Source: Azolla caroliniana (taxonomy: Eukaryota; Plantae; Polypodiophyta). Taken from it: a stretch of DNA of 64,000 bases. Below the pieces are notes generated by a model. It had not been told where the DNA came from. It did no database searches and saw only the letters and a list, made by a program, of their open reading frames with translations. The position numbers and the translations under genes are program-made. This document shows, one piece after another, positions 37,915 to 49,580 of the stretch. The stretch is taken from positions 2,046,001 through 2,110,000 of the forward strand of contig JBHGNT010000017.1 of NCBI GenBank assembly GCA_043228905.1, given 5' to 3'. Every line of letters begins with the position of its first letter. Positions within the stretch are counted from its first letter, which is position 1.

Positions 37915-38078
37915 GGGGGGGCTCTCCTATAGACCTCGACATTAGCGCAATATCAAGGCGACTAGCTACCCCCATCAAAGAAATTAGGTTAATATCATGT
38001 GGTATTATAGGCCATGTATGAGATATTAAACTGACAAGAACAAATACTACACTTGATCTTAGCCAAAAGGCTGAGAAA
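37915..38078 (-). pseudogene. U2: U2 snRNA pseudogene
   Basis: Contains TTTCTCAGCCTTTTGGCTAAGATCAAGTGTAGTATTTGTTC... The 5' ATACC is lost, stem-loop III is deleted and the SL IV loop is mutated (ATTGCGCT). Confidence 0.88.
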
Positions 38079-38100
38079 ACTCTCATCCCTTTTATTGCCA

Positions 38101-38141
38101 TACTTATAGGTTGGAGGCAAGCAAGCTTCCGTATGTGGGAT
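38101..38141 (-). promoter_or_regulatory. snRNA promoter: USE (ATCCCACATAC) plus TATA box
   Basis: USE at 38141-38131, a 22-nt spacer, then TATAAGTA from 38108. Confidence 0.8.
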
Positions 38142-38589
38142 AAATAGATATAATTGTCTCTGTCTCTACTACTTTAATCTTATAACCTTCCCGTCCTCTC
38201 AGGCACGAAACCTCGAGACTTGATCCTTATGCTAGTATGCAGGATCCAACTTCAATCGCACACATAATTGGTTTGTCTTCCATAACTTATCATATCTAGT
38301 GATGAATCACCATTCATTTAGCAGGCGTGTTGATGACAATGGTTACTGATAATACCAAGATATAACGTACAGGAGCCATACATTACAAAATCATGGAAAT
38401 ATTTCCTCATGTTCGATTTGTCCAAGGACATTGAGATGGCTCGTTTCACCACACTAACATAACATTTCATGCCTTGTTTTCATAAAAGGCATCATCAAAC
38501 AATGCAATAATGTGTCCCTTACCGAAACCTAATAAAATTTACTAACCTTTCCATGCTAGAACGCTTCGTTAAATGACTTGTTGACAAAC

Positions 38590-38870
38590 ATCACATGTTT
38601 CTTGTTTATACACATTCATTAAATCATACTCATACTCACTAATACACATATATTCATTTGTATACGTATACACATACATAACTTCATTTGATCATACACA
38701 TGCATACATTCGTTCATACACACACATATATTCATACAACCACACACACATATTTGTTCATACACACGCTCACACACACATACATGCATACATACATACA
38801 TGTAACCATTTATTCATACGCATTCATACAACCATTCAATCATATGCAACACATACAAACTTATTGACAC
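38590..38870. repeat. (CA/TA)n low-complexity tract
   Basis: catacaca repeats. Confidence 0.8.
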
Positions 38871-39552
38871 TGTTAGGTAAACGTGGAGCCATTTGGCTAA
38901 GGAGAATAGTGCATTAGGAGTTCTTAACCATGCCGACCATGTCGAGCAAAGGACAAGGGAAACATAAAATACCATTAGCGTCACCTATCACTAAATATTA
39001 CCACGTGTTATACCTTGGTTGTTGAAATAATGGATCCAATGAAGAGAGCTTAACCTCACCGATAAAGTCTTGATCGTGTCTCTAGAAATTGTTTGGTACA
39101 TGGATTCCTACTTCTGTCATTTGTAGCCTAGGCAAATAGTTCAACATTAGATGCATCATTTGAACCACCTAGAATATTACCAATCTCAAATTCCTCGAGG
39201 ATTAACATCTAACACTTATTCCTTTGTCAGCATGTACAATAATAGGATATGGTCAATGTGGAACAATAACATTGTTTCCTAATAAATGGGACTACAACTT
39301 CTTGATAATTTGTAGAGGATTGGCATCCACCACACTAATTGGTTGGTTACCATGGATTACACAACCATGTATACTACTGGGATGTAGTTGAAGGGGGATT
39401 AGTGACATTATTTCCTAATACGTGGTACTAGAACTTGTTCATATTGTAGATAATAATATGTGAGCCCCAATGGGTTGTTGATTAATTCCCCTGTGCTTTG
39501 GATAGCATCTATCTATCCCATGTACTTGGCGTTCTCAATGCCAATTTTGGTC

Positions 39553-41523
39553 GCCTAAGGATCCGGTGAGATATTTGTTCCTCTGCACATCAAAGATAAC
39601 CAGTGCCTTGCTCTCTGTTAGGCTAGCAGGTAGGCCCCCTTCTAAAGCATTTCCATGGACACTAAAACTCTAGAGATTGGGCATCTTGGACAGATCCAAG
39701 CTCTCTATCTTCCCAGTCAAATTGTTTTTAGAGAGTCGTAAAGTCTGAAGAGCCCTCAGGTTATGCAAAACGTCGACAGGGACGATCCCTTGCAGGTTGT
39801 TCGTGGAAAAATCTAATATCTGCAGCTTTGTCAACGCCCCAATTTCAAGAGGAATGTGCCCAGAAAGCTCATTGTTATTTAATGTTAAGCTCTCTATGTT
39901 TATTAGGCGGCCGACAGATGGAGGAATGCTTCATATGAGGTCGTTGTGTCCAAGATCTAAGTATGTGAGACCTTCCAGGTTTCCCAACAACGCTGGTATG
40001 TTGCCCTGCAAGTTGTTGGAAACCAGATCTAGCATTTGCAGGTTTGCCAATCTACTGAAACATTCAGGTATGCTCCCTGTAAGACCCAGGGACAGGGGGT
40101 ATCCTGGTGGAAGGAAGCTGAAGTAGTCAGATCGGGACATCCGCTCCATATCGAACCACTGCATTTGGGTACAGTTGCAAAGCTCAACGGGAACTGGACC
40201 CTCGAGATTGGCTGTAAATAGAGAGAGTACTTGGAGGTTTATGAGCATTCCCAGTTTACTCGGGATGGAACCCATGAGAGGGTTGAACCCTAATCGGAGC
40301 TCGATGAGTTGTGAGCAGCTAGAGAGTGCGGCTGGTATCTTCCCTGTCAGTTTGTTGTTCTGGAGAAGCAAGTTCTGTAGCTGGGTGAGGTTCCCGAGAC
40401 TAAATGGAATGGAGCCCTCAAGACTTGTGTGAGAGAGATCCAGTTTCTTCAGAGAGGCACATGTGCCTATAGAAGTAGGAATGTTACCCGTGAGATTTAT
40501 TCCTTCTATGCATATGTGTTCGATGGTAGATCCAGCAGCGCTACAGAAGCCAAAAGTGGATGGCAGTGACCCATGGAGCTTGTAGGGGCGTGGATCGTAG
40601 GGATGATTATCCACAGTGTCTACCACATTAAGATCTTGGATTACCAGCATTTGGAGGTGAGAAAGCTGCCAAATTGATGGGGGGATGGAGCCTTGTAGAC
40701 CCGTTACAGTTAAGATCAAGATCTGCAACTGCTGGCAATCTCCCAAGGAAGAGGGAAACGATGCCCCGGATGCATCAAGGCCAGCCAGTAAAAACACCTC
40801 AATGGTAGCACAGAAAGAGAAATTAGCAGTGGCTGGAAAAGAGGTGGGCGAGATGCTGAGAAGTGGAGGTGAGGAGTCGGACCAGGTGTCAGTGATGTAG
40901 AGTTGCTGAAGAGCCGGGAGATGGGTTCACAGCTCTGGAGGAATAACGCCGCTGAGGCCAGTGTGTCTGAGGCGCAGGGTTTGGAGGTTGGGGGAGTTGA
41001 GGATGAGGGAACGGGGAATGTGACCAGAGAGATGGGCGTTGTAGCTGAGGTCGAGGTATGTGAGGGAGGAGTTGGGTTGTTGGGTGAAGAAGAGGAGGGG
41101 GCCTGAGAAGTTGTTGTGGGGGAGATCGAGAAGAGAAAGGGAAGGGAGGAGAGACAGAGAAGGGGAGATGGAACCAGAGAGGTTGCAGGAGGAGAGGTTG
41201 AGGGAGGTGATGTGCAAGCTGTCGTCACAGAGCAGGCCGTACCAGCCAGCAGTGCCATTGGAGTAGCAGTAGGAGGGCGGTGCCGCCACATCACTAGTGG
41301 AGTTGGAGGAAATGGAGGTGGTGGTGTTCCAGGAGGATAGGCAAGAAGAGGGGTCGTGGGTGATTGCATCCTTGATTGTCATGAGAGCTTGTGCTATGGC
41401 CGTGTCGGAGGAGGAAGAAGAGGTCGGAGAGGGAGCGGGCGCCACAACTTCCGCAGCCATTGCTGAATTTACGATCACAATAAGGATTGAGAGGAGATGG
41501 CTAGTGCATCGGAGGTTCAACAT
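39553..41523 (-). pseudogene. LRR receptor-like protein pseudogene (paralog of 43622-47506)
   Basis: Same signal peptide start (MLNLRC). It has a TGG>TGA stop at 40927, a frameshift at about 39931 and no 3' LRRs or TM segment. Confidence 0.9.
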
Positions 41524-43621
41524 CGCATCAAGGGAACACGAAGGAGTGTTGGGCTGGTGGGCGAGTGTTTTACATGATGTAGGGGAGTGAAGAGGTGGAA
41601 TTTTTGGAGAGTAGGAAACCACCACCAACCGCAGCATAAAGAAAAATATGTTGCGGTTGAGGTGATGTGCGCCTTCCAATCATCTACTCATTGACAAAAA
41701 CCTGTTGTGGTTGTATAAATCAAAGAATAAGAATAAGAAGTCATGGACAAAACATTGAGAAAGGTATGAAAATCTTGACCGTCATAACTAGAGAATTCAT
41801 GATTTTTTCTTTACCAATCCCATGACTTGGAAAATGACTGTCTCCCTCCACTGGACTCCATCACCACCAATCAACCCCCTTTTGATAAGCCTAACCCACC
41901 ATAGTTTAGCCAAAATGCTCAAGTTTTTAAAGCATAGAGAATTGGTTATTATGGTAGTATGCAGGATGTAACAACGATAAGACATCATTGGTTTGTTTCC
42001 AAGTAATCACCATAGACAGAACAAAGGGATGTTATTGATACTAAAGATCGCCAATACCAAGATATAAAGTAGATGATCCATACCATTACAAGACCCTTGC
42101 AACCCTTGATAGTCTCACAATTAGATCCTCACAACCATTACAAGGGCACATTGTACTTTGATAATTGTGTGCTTAACAACACATAACTAGTTTTGCAGAA
42201 TGGATTGAAGGTTTTTTAATGATTTATTGTTAGATGATTCATTGATTGTTTGGGTGGGGGCTGATGGTGGTTACTTTGAATGTCCGAAATTTGGGTGTAC
42301 CAGGACTATGTAATGTATAAATAACACATGGGGTAGTGTAGATGTATGTGATGTCAATAACAGCAGATCGGGTAGAGTCATGGTTGTATACAGAAGATAT
42401 AAACAAACGATAGGGGAACATGGAGTAATGATGGGTGCAAATATTTGTAATAGACACAGACAGACAGACAGACAGACAGAATCATGGATTGGATAAGGAG
42501 GCATATATATACATATATATAGATCAGTCGGGTAGGAAGCATCACATGGCATGTCTATACACCCATGATCACTCCTGGACATGCTAGATGCCGCCAAATT
42601 CTTACCATGATACGGGTAAAGATAATCACGGGTACACATACATACCCCAACCAATAGGGAGGAGTGTAAAGAGAATTGTAGGCAAACGGGCAGTTATCTA
42701 CCAGCCCTACACTACGCATTGCTTGTTTAGGTTCAGGTCTTGCATTATTTACATTTTGGTCATTGGGTCCGCATTATCGGCCCAACCAGAGAATGGAGAG
42801 CGTGTGGTTGTGAAGTCTTTGTCGTGTGAATGCGACTTGGTCAGATCCATGTATCTATTATGGGGGCCCTTCCCAGCTAAACACGGTATTTTCCATGTAT
42901 ACGTCCATCATTAAATTGTTGCTGCTCGGATCCTGCGCCTCACTAATTTTACTTCCCTATGTGTGGCTTCCACACAGACATTCGTCCACTTTCATCATAT
43001 GATACCCCCAGTGACTAACAATATTTCGTTTGGGCCCACTACTTTGACAAATTTTACAAATCGACGTAAGAAAGCTATATATCGTATATACACATGAATA
43101 ATTAGATTTGGATTTTTTTGAAGAGTCAAAATTTTTTTGTATTATGTTTTGAATGCTTGATATAAAGTGGAGTACGAGATTAGGAAGATTGATTTAATGG
43201 GAACTTTGTTTCCTTATAAAATTGGGATAATTAGTCTTGGATCACTTATGTTGGGTACTTTGGATTTCATGATTTTAAAGGGTTGGCAAGATGGGGGTAG
43301 GGTAGTGAAAGTGAGGGTAGACTAGATGGACTTTGCCATGCTAAGTCCTCAAAGAATTGCTTCACGAGGCAAAGCCTCCACCAATTGTAGGGACATGGTA
43401 ATGTTTAATGTCGTCATTTTCATTAAATAAAGTTTTTAAACTATCAAATATGGGAGGTAATATGTATCCAGATGTAGTTGGTCCGTAATCTATCTACCCT
43501 ATATCGTCGGTCTTCTCAATTGGAAGACGTGGGAGTAAAAATGAATACATACATATGTATACAGTATACATATCATGTAGTAGAAACTCTATGTCGGGGA
43601 TTATTTTAGTCGTGCGAGTAT

Positions 43622-46600
43622 TCACTTCAATTTTGAGGAGAGGAGACGGCAGATGAGTATGCCAAGTGCAAGCCCAGCGGGATAGCCCACTATAAATGCC
43701 CACGCGGATACAAACTCATTGAACCAAATCACGATCAATTGCTGCGTTTGCCTGGCTCCGCTGCCCACATCACTAGTAGTCACATTGTTGTTGCTTGTTG
43801 TGTTGCAAGGGAGAAGAGGGTAGCCACACAGCCCCCGGTTGTTCTCGTAGCTCACATTAGTGAACCTGGTGTCGAAGTTGTTCTGCGTGGGAATGGCTCC
43901 TTCCAGTTGGTTATGGGCGAGGTTGAGGCTAGAGAGGCTGCCCAGAGACGTGAGATCTTGCGGGATGCCACCGCTGAGCTGGTTGTACGACAGGTCCAAC
44001 TCCTCCAAATGCATCAGCTTGCCGAATGTAGCCGTAGGTATAGTGCCGCTGATTCGGTTGTGGGACAGGTTGGCCCCTGTCAAACCCTGCAGCTCCCCGA
44101 AGCTCTCCGGAATTTCGCCTTCCAGATCGTTCATGGACACATCAAAGTAGATCCGTGCACTCAGCACATACTCAAGAATGTAGACAGTGTTCTTCAGCGT
44201 GACAGGCACCTCTTCGTAGAGGGTCTTCTGGTTACTGTCTGCGGTTTGATTGAGCTTGAAGTAGAAGAGGTACGTGAGAGTCGCAGGGAAGTGACCGCCG
44301 AAGCGATTGTTGGAGAGGTCCAGTGCCTGCAGACTGGGAAGCTTCCAAACCCAACCCGGGATGTCTCCGCTAAGCCGGTTGTAGCTCACTGACAGTACCC
44401 TGAGGTTGGATAAACCAGTGATGTCAGGCGTAGTAGTATTGCCTAAGGATCCGGTGAGATATTTGTTCCTCTGCACATCAAAGATGATCAGTGCCTTACT
44501 CTCTGTTAGGCCAGCAGGTAACCCCCCTTCCAAAGCATTTTCATAGACACTAAAACTCTCGAGGCTGGGCATCTTGGACAGATCCAAGCTCTCTATCTTC
44601 CCAGTCAAATTGTTTTGAAACAGACGTAAGACCTGAAGAGCCGTAAGGTTACGTAAATGGTCAACAGGGAGGATCCCTTGCAGGTTATTTTTGGAGAGGT
44701 CTAATCTCCGCAGCTTTGTCAATGCGCCGATTTCAGGAGGAATGTTTCCAGAAAGCTTGTTGTTGTTTAATGTTAAGGACTCCGTGTTTATTAGGCGGCT
44801 GACAGATGAAGGAATGCTTCCGGTGAGGTTGTTGTGTCCAAGATCTAGGTTCGTGAGACCTTCCAAGCTCCCCAAGCACGCTGGTATAGTGCCCTGCAAG
44901 TTGTTGGAAACCAAAACTAGCGTCTGCAGGCTTGTGATGCCACAAATGGAGGAAGATATGGATCCTTCTAGAGCATTGCCTCCGAGATTTAGAGTAGTGA
45001 CGGTGTTGTGTTGTGCCAGGCCTTGGAGTAGTTGTTCTGGGATTGTTCCAGTCAGATTATTAGAACCGACGCTGAGTAGTTCCACGTTGGGAAGCTGGCC
45101 AAGCTGTGGTGGGATAGATCCTGTTAAGCGGTTATACGAGAGGTTCAGATATGTCAGCTGTGGAAAATTCCAGTTCAACTCAGAGGGGAAGGTATCGACC
45201 ATGCTGCAATAAGACAGATCCAAGTATTGAAGCTGCGTTAAATTTTGCAATACCTTCCTAGGGAAGCCCCCCTCAATATGGCTGAGCTGCCATGCCAGCG
45301 TTTGCAGGTTTGCCATTCTACCGAAACACTCAGGTATGCTCCCTGTAAGACCCTGGGATACGGGGTATCCTGGTGGAAGGTAGTTGAAGAAACCAGATTC
45401 CTGCATCCATCCCACATCGAACCACACCATTTGGGTACAGTTGCAAAGCTCAACGGGAACTGGACCCTCAAGATTGGCCGTAAAGAGAGAGAGTACCTGG
45501 AGGTTTATGAGCATTCCCAGCTCACTGGGGATGGAACCCCTTAGAGGGTTGAACCCTAACCGGAGTTGGGTGAGTTGTGAGCAGCTAGAGAGTGTGGCCG
45601 GTATCTTGCCTGTCAGGTTGTTGCTCTGGAGGGCCAAGGTCAGTAGCTGGGTGAGGTTCCCGAGGCTATCAGGGATGGGGCCTTCCAGGCTTGTGTGAGA
45701 GAGATCCAGATGCTGCAGAGAGGTACAGGTGCCTACAGAAGCAGGAATGTGGCCAGTGAGATTTATGCCATCTATGTACATGTCTTCGATGGTAGATCCA
45801 GCAGCACTACAGAAGCCAAAACTGGATGGCAGTGACCCGTGGAGCTTGTAGGGGCGTGGATCGTAGGGATCACTATCCACGGTCTCTACCACATTAAGAT
45901 CTTCGATAACAAGTGTTTGAAGGTGAGGAAGCTGCCAAATGGATGGGGGGATGGAGCCTTGTAGACCCGTGGTAGACAAAATCAAGGCCTGTAGCTGGGT
46001 GAGGTTGCCGAGGCTAGAAGGGATGGAACCCTCGAGGTTTGTGATAGAGAGATCCAGATTCTGCAGAGAGGCACAGGTGCCAATAGAAGCAGGAATGTGG
46101 CCAGTGAGATTTATGCCATCTATGTACATGTCTTCGATGGTAGATCCAGCAGCGCTACAGAAACCAAAAGTGGATGGCAGTGACCCGTGGAGCTTGTAGG
46201 GGCGTGGATCATAGGGATTATTATCCACGGTCTCTACCACATTAACATCTTGGATAACAAGTGTTTGGAGGTGAGGAAGCTGCCAAATGGATGGGGGGAT
46301 GGAGCCTTGTAGACCCGTGGTAGACAAAATCAAGGCCTGTAGCTGGGTGAGGTTGCCGAGGCTAGAAGGGATGGAACCCTCGAGGTTTGTGATAGAGAGA
46401 TCCAGATTCTGCAGAGAGGCACAGGTGCCAATAGAAGTAGGAATGTGGCCAGTGAGATTTATGCCATCTATGTACATGTCTTCGATGGTAGATCCAGCAG
46501 CGCTACAGAAACCAAAAGTGGATGGCAGTGACCCGTGGAGCTTGTAGGGGCGTGGATCGTAGGGATTATTATCCACGGTCTCTATCACATTAAGATCTTG

Positions 46601-47506
46601 GATTACCAGCGTTTGGAGGTGAGGAAGCTGCCAAATGGATGGGGGGATGGAACCTTGTAGACCCGCGACAGTCAAGGACAAGATCTGCAACTGTTGGCAA
46701 TCTCCCAAGGAAGAGGGAAAGGATGCCCCGGATGCATCAAGGCCAAACAGTACAAACGCCTCAATGGTAGCACAGAAAGAGAAATTAGCAGTCGCTGGAA
46801 AAGAGGTGGGCGAGATGCTGAGAAGTGGAGGTGAGGAGTCGGACCAGGTGTCAGTGATGTAGAGTTGCTGAAGAGCCGGGAGATGGGTCCACAGCTCTGG
46901 AGGAACAAGGCCGCTGAGGCCAGTGTGTCTGAGGCGCAGGGTTTGGAGGTTGGGGGAGTTGAGGATAAGGGAAGGGGGTATGTCACCAGAGAGCAGGGCG
47001 TTGTAGCTGAGGTCGAGGTATGTGAGGCTGGAGGAGTTGGGTTGTTGGGTGAAGAAGAGGGAGGAAGAGAGAGGGCCTGAGAAGTTGTTGTAGGAGAGAT
47101 CGAGAAGAGAAAGGGAAGGGAGGAGAGCCAGAGAAGGGGAGATGGAACCAGAGAGGTTGCAGGAGGAGAGGTTGAGGGAGGTGACGTGGAAGCTGTCATC
47201 ACAGAGCAGGCCGTACCAGCCGACAGTGCCGTTGGAGGGGCAGTAGGAGGGCGGTGCTGAGGTGTGGACAACATCACTATCACTAGAAGAGGTGGAGGTA
47301 GAATTGGTGGTCCAGGAGGAGAGGCAAGAAGACGGGTCGTGGGTGATGGCATCCTTGATTGTCATGAGAGCTTGTGCTTGTGCTACTGCCATTTCGGAGG
47401 AGGTGGTCGGAGAGGGAGCGGGCGCCACAACCTCCGCAGCCATTGCTGAATTGATGATGATAATAAAGATTGAGAGGAGATGGAGAGTGCACCGGAGGTT
47501 CAGCAT
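43622..47506 (-). CDS. LRR receptor-like protein (signal peptide, LRRNT, many plant LRRs, island, TM, no kinase), about 1294 aa, intronless
   Basis: Signal peptide MLNLRC...SAMA, LRRNT W.GLLCD, LxxLxLxxNxLxGxIP repeats, an island before the last four LRRs, LCG.PL..C cap, TM with GYPAGLALG (GxxxGxxxG) and a short basic tail. The ORF-track start at 47572 is GTG, so the ATG at 47506 is preferred. Confidence 0.93.
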   Translation of the reverse strand: MLNLRCTLHLLSIFIIIINSAMAAEVVAPAPSPTTSSEMAVAQAQALMTIKDAITHDPSSCLSSWTTNSTSTSSSDSDVVHTSAPPSYCPSNGTVGWYGLLCDDSFHVTSLNLSSCNLSGSISPSLALLPSLSLLDLSYNNFSGPLSSSLFFTQQPNSSSLTYLDLSYNALLSGDIPPSLILNSPNLQTLRLRHTGLSGLVPPELWTHLPALQQLYITDTWSDSSPPLLSISPTSFPATANFSFCATIEAFVLFGLDASGASFPSSLGDCQQLQILSLTVAGLQGSIPPSIWQLPHLQTLVIQDLNVIETVDNNPYDPRPYKLHGSLPSTFGFCSAAGSTIEDMYIDGINLTGHIPTSIGTCASLQNLDLSITNLEGSIPSSLGNLTQLQALILSTTGLQGSIPPSIWQLPHLQTLVIQDVNVVETVDNNPYDPRPYKLHGSLPSTFGFCSAAGSTIEDMYIDGINLTGHIPASIGTCASLQNLDLSITNLEGSIPSSLGNLTQLQALILSTTGLQGSIPPSIWQLPHLQTLVIEDLNVVETVDSDPYDPRPYKLHGSLPSSFGFCSAAGSTIEDMYIDGINLTGHIPASVGTCTSLQHLDLSHTSLEGPIPDSLGNLTQLLTLALQSNNLTGKIPATLSSCSQLTQLRLGFNPLRGSIPSELGMLINLQVLSLFTANLEGPVPVELCNCTQMVWFDVGWMQESGFFNYLPPGYPVSQGLTGSIPECFGRMANLQTLAWQLSHIEGGFPRKVLQNLTQLQYLDLSYCSMVDTFPSELNWNFPQLTYLNLSYNRLTGSIPPQLGQLPNVELLSVGSNNLTGTIPEQLLQGLAQHNTVTTLNLGGNALEGSISSSICGITSLQTLVLVSNNLQGTIPACLGSLEGLTNLDLGHNNLTGSIPSSVSRLINTESLTLNNNKLSGNIPPEIGALTKLRRLDLSKNNLQGILPVDHLRNLTALQVLRLFQNNLTGKIESLDLSKMPSLESFSVYENALEGGLPAGLTESKALIIFDVQRNKYLTGSLGNTTTPDITGLSNLRVLSVSYNRLSGDIPGWVWKLPSLQALDLSNNRFGGHFPATLTYLFYFKLNQTADSNQKTLYEEVPVTLKNTVYILEYVLSARIYFDVSMNDLEGEIPESFGELQGLTGANLSHNRISGTIPTATFGKLMHLEELDLSYNQLSGGIPQDLTSLGSLSSLNLAHNQLEGAIPTQNNFDTRFTNVSYENNRGLCGYPLLPCNTTSNNNVTTSDVGSGARQTQQLIVIWFNEFVSAWAFIVGYPAGLALGILICRLLSSKLK
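45647..46690 (-). repeat. Intragenic 348-bp (116-aa) unit, three copies
   Basis: Identical landmarks at 45939, 46287 and 46635, each 348 bp apart. Confidence 0.95.
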
Positions 47507-47627
47507 TGCATCACAGGAATAGGAAGGATTGTCGAAACGGTGTTGCGCTGGTTGATGAGTGTTGTGTTCCACACGATGGAGGGGAGTTAAGAGATGGAAA
47601 TTGTGGCAGAGGAGGAAACCACCAGCA

Positions 47628-47775
47628 GCAGATATAAAAATGGTGTGAGCCTTCCAATAATCTCCTCATTTGACAAGAATCTGTTGTGGTTGATAGGTCA
47701 AAGATATAAAAATGGTGTGCGTCTTCCAATAATCTCCTCATTTGACAAGAATCTGCTGTGGTTGATAGGTCAAAG
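47628..47775. repeat. Two-copy direct repeat, about 73 bp, upstream of the RLP
   Basis: agatataaaaatggtgtg...ttgataggtcaa occurs twice. The pseudogene upstream region has only one related copy. Confidence 0.85.
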
Positions 47776-49352
47776 AAGAAGAAAATGAAGAGTCATCGAC
47801 AAAACATTGACAAGGGTGTCAAAACCTTGACCATCGTTACTAGTGAATTAATGATGTTCTTTCCTTTACTGACCCCATTATTTGGAAATTGAGCGTGCCA
47901 TCATCCACCTGAATTCCATCACCACCAACCAGTCCCCTTTTGATAAGCCTGACCCTGACCCACCATAGTGTAGCCAAATTAAACTTCTAAAGCATAGAGA
48001 ATTGATTCCTATCCTAGTATGCAAGATGCGGCGACAATCATACATTATTGGTTTGTTTCCGAGGAATCACCATGGACCAAGTACAGGAATTTTATGGACA
48101 TTAAAGACCGCAATTACAAAGTAGATGGACCATATCATTACAAGATCATGGAGATAATTGCTCACCATGTCCAATCTGCATAAGGACATTGAGATGCATG
48201 TCGTTAAACTTTTTTTTAGGCTCGTTTCCTTGCAACAACGTACCTCAAATACATAGTTCAGTCACTACTCATAGCTCAATTATGCATTTCGTTCTTATAA
48301 ACCATCTCCAAAATCATACGTGTAGTAAGATAATTATAATGGAGTTGTAACAACCAAACTCTCAACTTAAGCTCTAACTTGAAATGTTATAGTACATGGT
48401 GATCTAGCTTCTAAGGTGAGTACCATTCACCTAGATTCTTGCATAAATTAGTTGAAGTAAAACAGAAAATAATATCCCACAACACACCTCAAGTTTTGCA
48501 CAATTTAGTCGAAGTAAAACAGAAAATAATATCCAACGTATTTTTAGCTAGCGTTTAAGGTATATTGAATTGTTTAGTGTGGTTGCAGAAATCAAATGGC
48601 CTTGAAATGACAATTTAATAAAAGTTTTGCTTGAGCTCCACAACTAGTTGGTTGAAGTTTGAGCATGTGACTTTTCATAAAGCTCCATAACTAGTTGCTC
48701 CATTTTCATATTTGATAATCTAGAATACAATGACTGAAAATATCATCCAATATGTGTTAACATTTAGTGTCGTTTCCATGTTGGAAAGCATCATGCCATC
48801 AAGCACACATTCTTCATCTAAGCTCTCCTTCTCCCCAATGCAATGGACCACAACCTACACATAGATAGTAGGATTTAGGGTTAGGGTTAGGCATAGGTAT
48901 AGGTTTAATTATATGCACACAATCATACACACAAGCAAACAATATTTTCTTTTTTTATAAAAAAGATCTTTGTAAATAATGTTTTCTTAGATTCATTTAA
49001 ACAATTTGTTCAAGGTTGGTCATTAAATTGAGGTTATAATAATAATTTTATGATTGCATAAATGGATCGAGGGGTTTTAGCTTATTTGGCAAAGATTGCA
49101 TAAGGTATGCAAGTAGAGTGTCTTATTATCATACATACAATCATACACACGTATATATACAATCATATATATATACATATTAACATAAACATTTACACAG
49201 ATTCTTTAAATGATACACATATGTGTGTATTCATAAAATCAATTATACATATACACACAAACCATACATCATGTGTTCCTTGTTTACAATGTCATGGCGA
49301 ATGAATAGATACAAAAAGAGCAGAAATGGAAAAGTGTGGAGTGTGTTTGTTT

Positions 49353-49391
49353 GTCCCACATAGAGAGGACGGGGAGGAAGGGAGCTATAAA
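49353..49391 (+). promoter_or_regulatory. U1 promoter: USE GTCCCACATAG plus TATAAA
   Basis: USE at 49353-49363, a 22-nt spacer, then TATAAA at 49386-49391 (position -32). Confidence 0.9.
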
Positions 49392-49417
49392 TTGAGTGCT
49401 TTGAGCGGCAGCTAAAC

Positions 49418-49580
49418 ATACTTACCTGGGCGGGGTCTATCGGTGATCAGCAAGGCCGATGGCTTAGGGCCGGCGCCTCCATTGCACTACAGGAGGGGCT
49501 GTTTGCCCTAGCATCTCCCCAATGTGGGAGAGTGCACGTCATAATTTGTGGCAGCGGGGGCTCGCGTTCGCGCGGCCCCT
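49418..49580 (+). ncRNA. U1: U1 spliceosomal snRNA
   Basis: 5' ATACTTACCTGG, SL II loop ATTGCACT, Sm site AATTTGTGG and SL IV GGGGCTCGCGTTCGCGCGGCCCC. Confidence 0.96.

Noticed and set aside
37877-38101. ORFs overlapping the U2 copies (also 50446-50706)
   Set aside because: Chance ORFs across snRNA sequence.
39797-47522. Many plus-strand and shifted-frame ORFs over the RLP and its pseudogene
   Set aside because: Shadow ORFs of LRR coding sequence that repeat with the 348-bp unit.
48872-48906. Telomere-like TTTAGGG/TTAGGG run upstream of U1
   Set aside because: Only about three degenerate units, too short to call an interstitial telomere. At most it is a telo-box.
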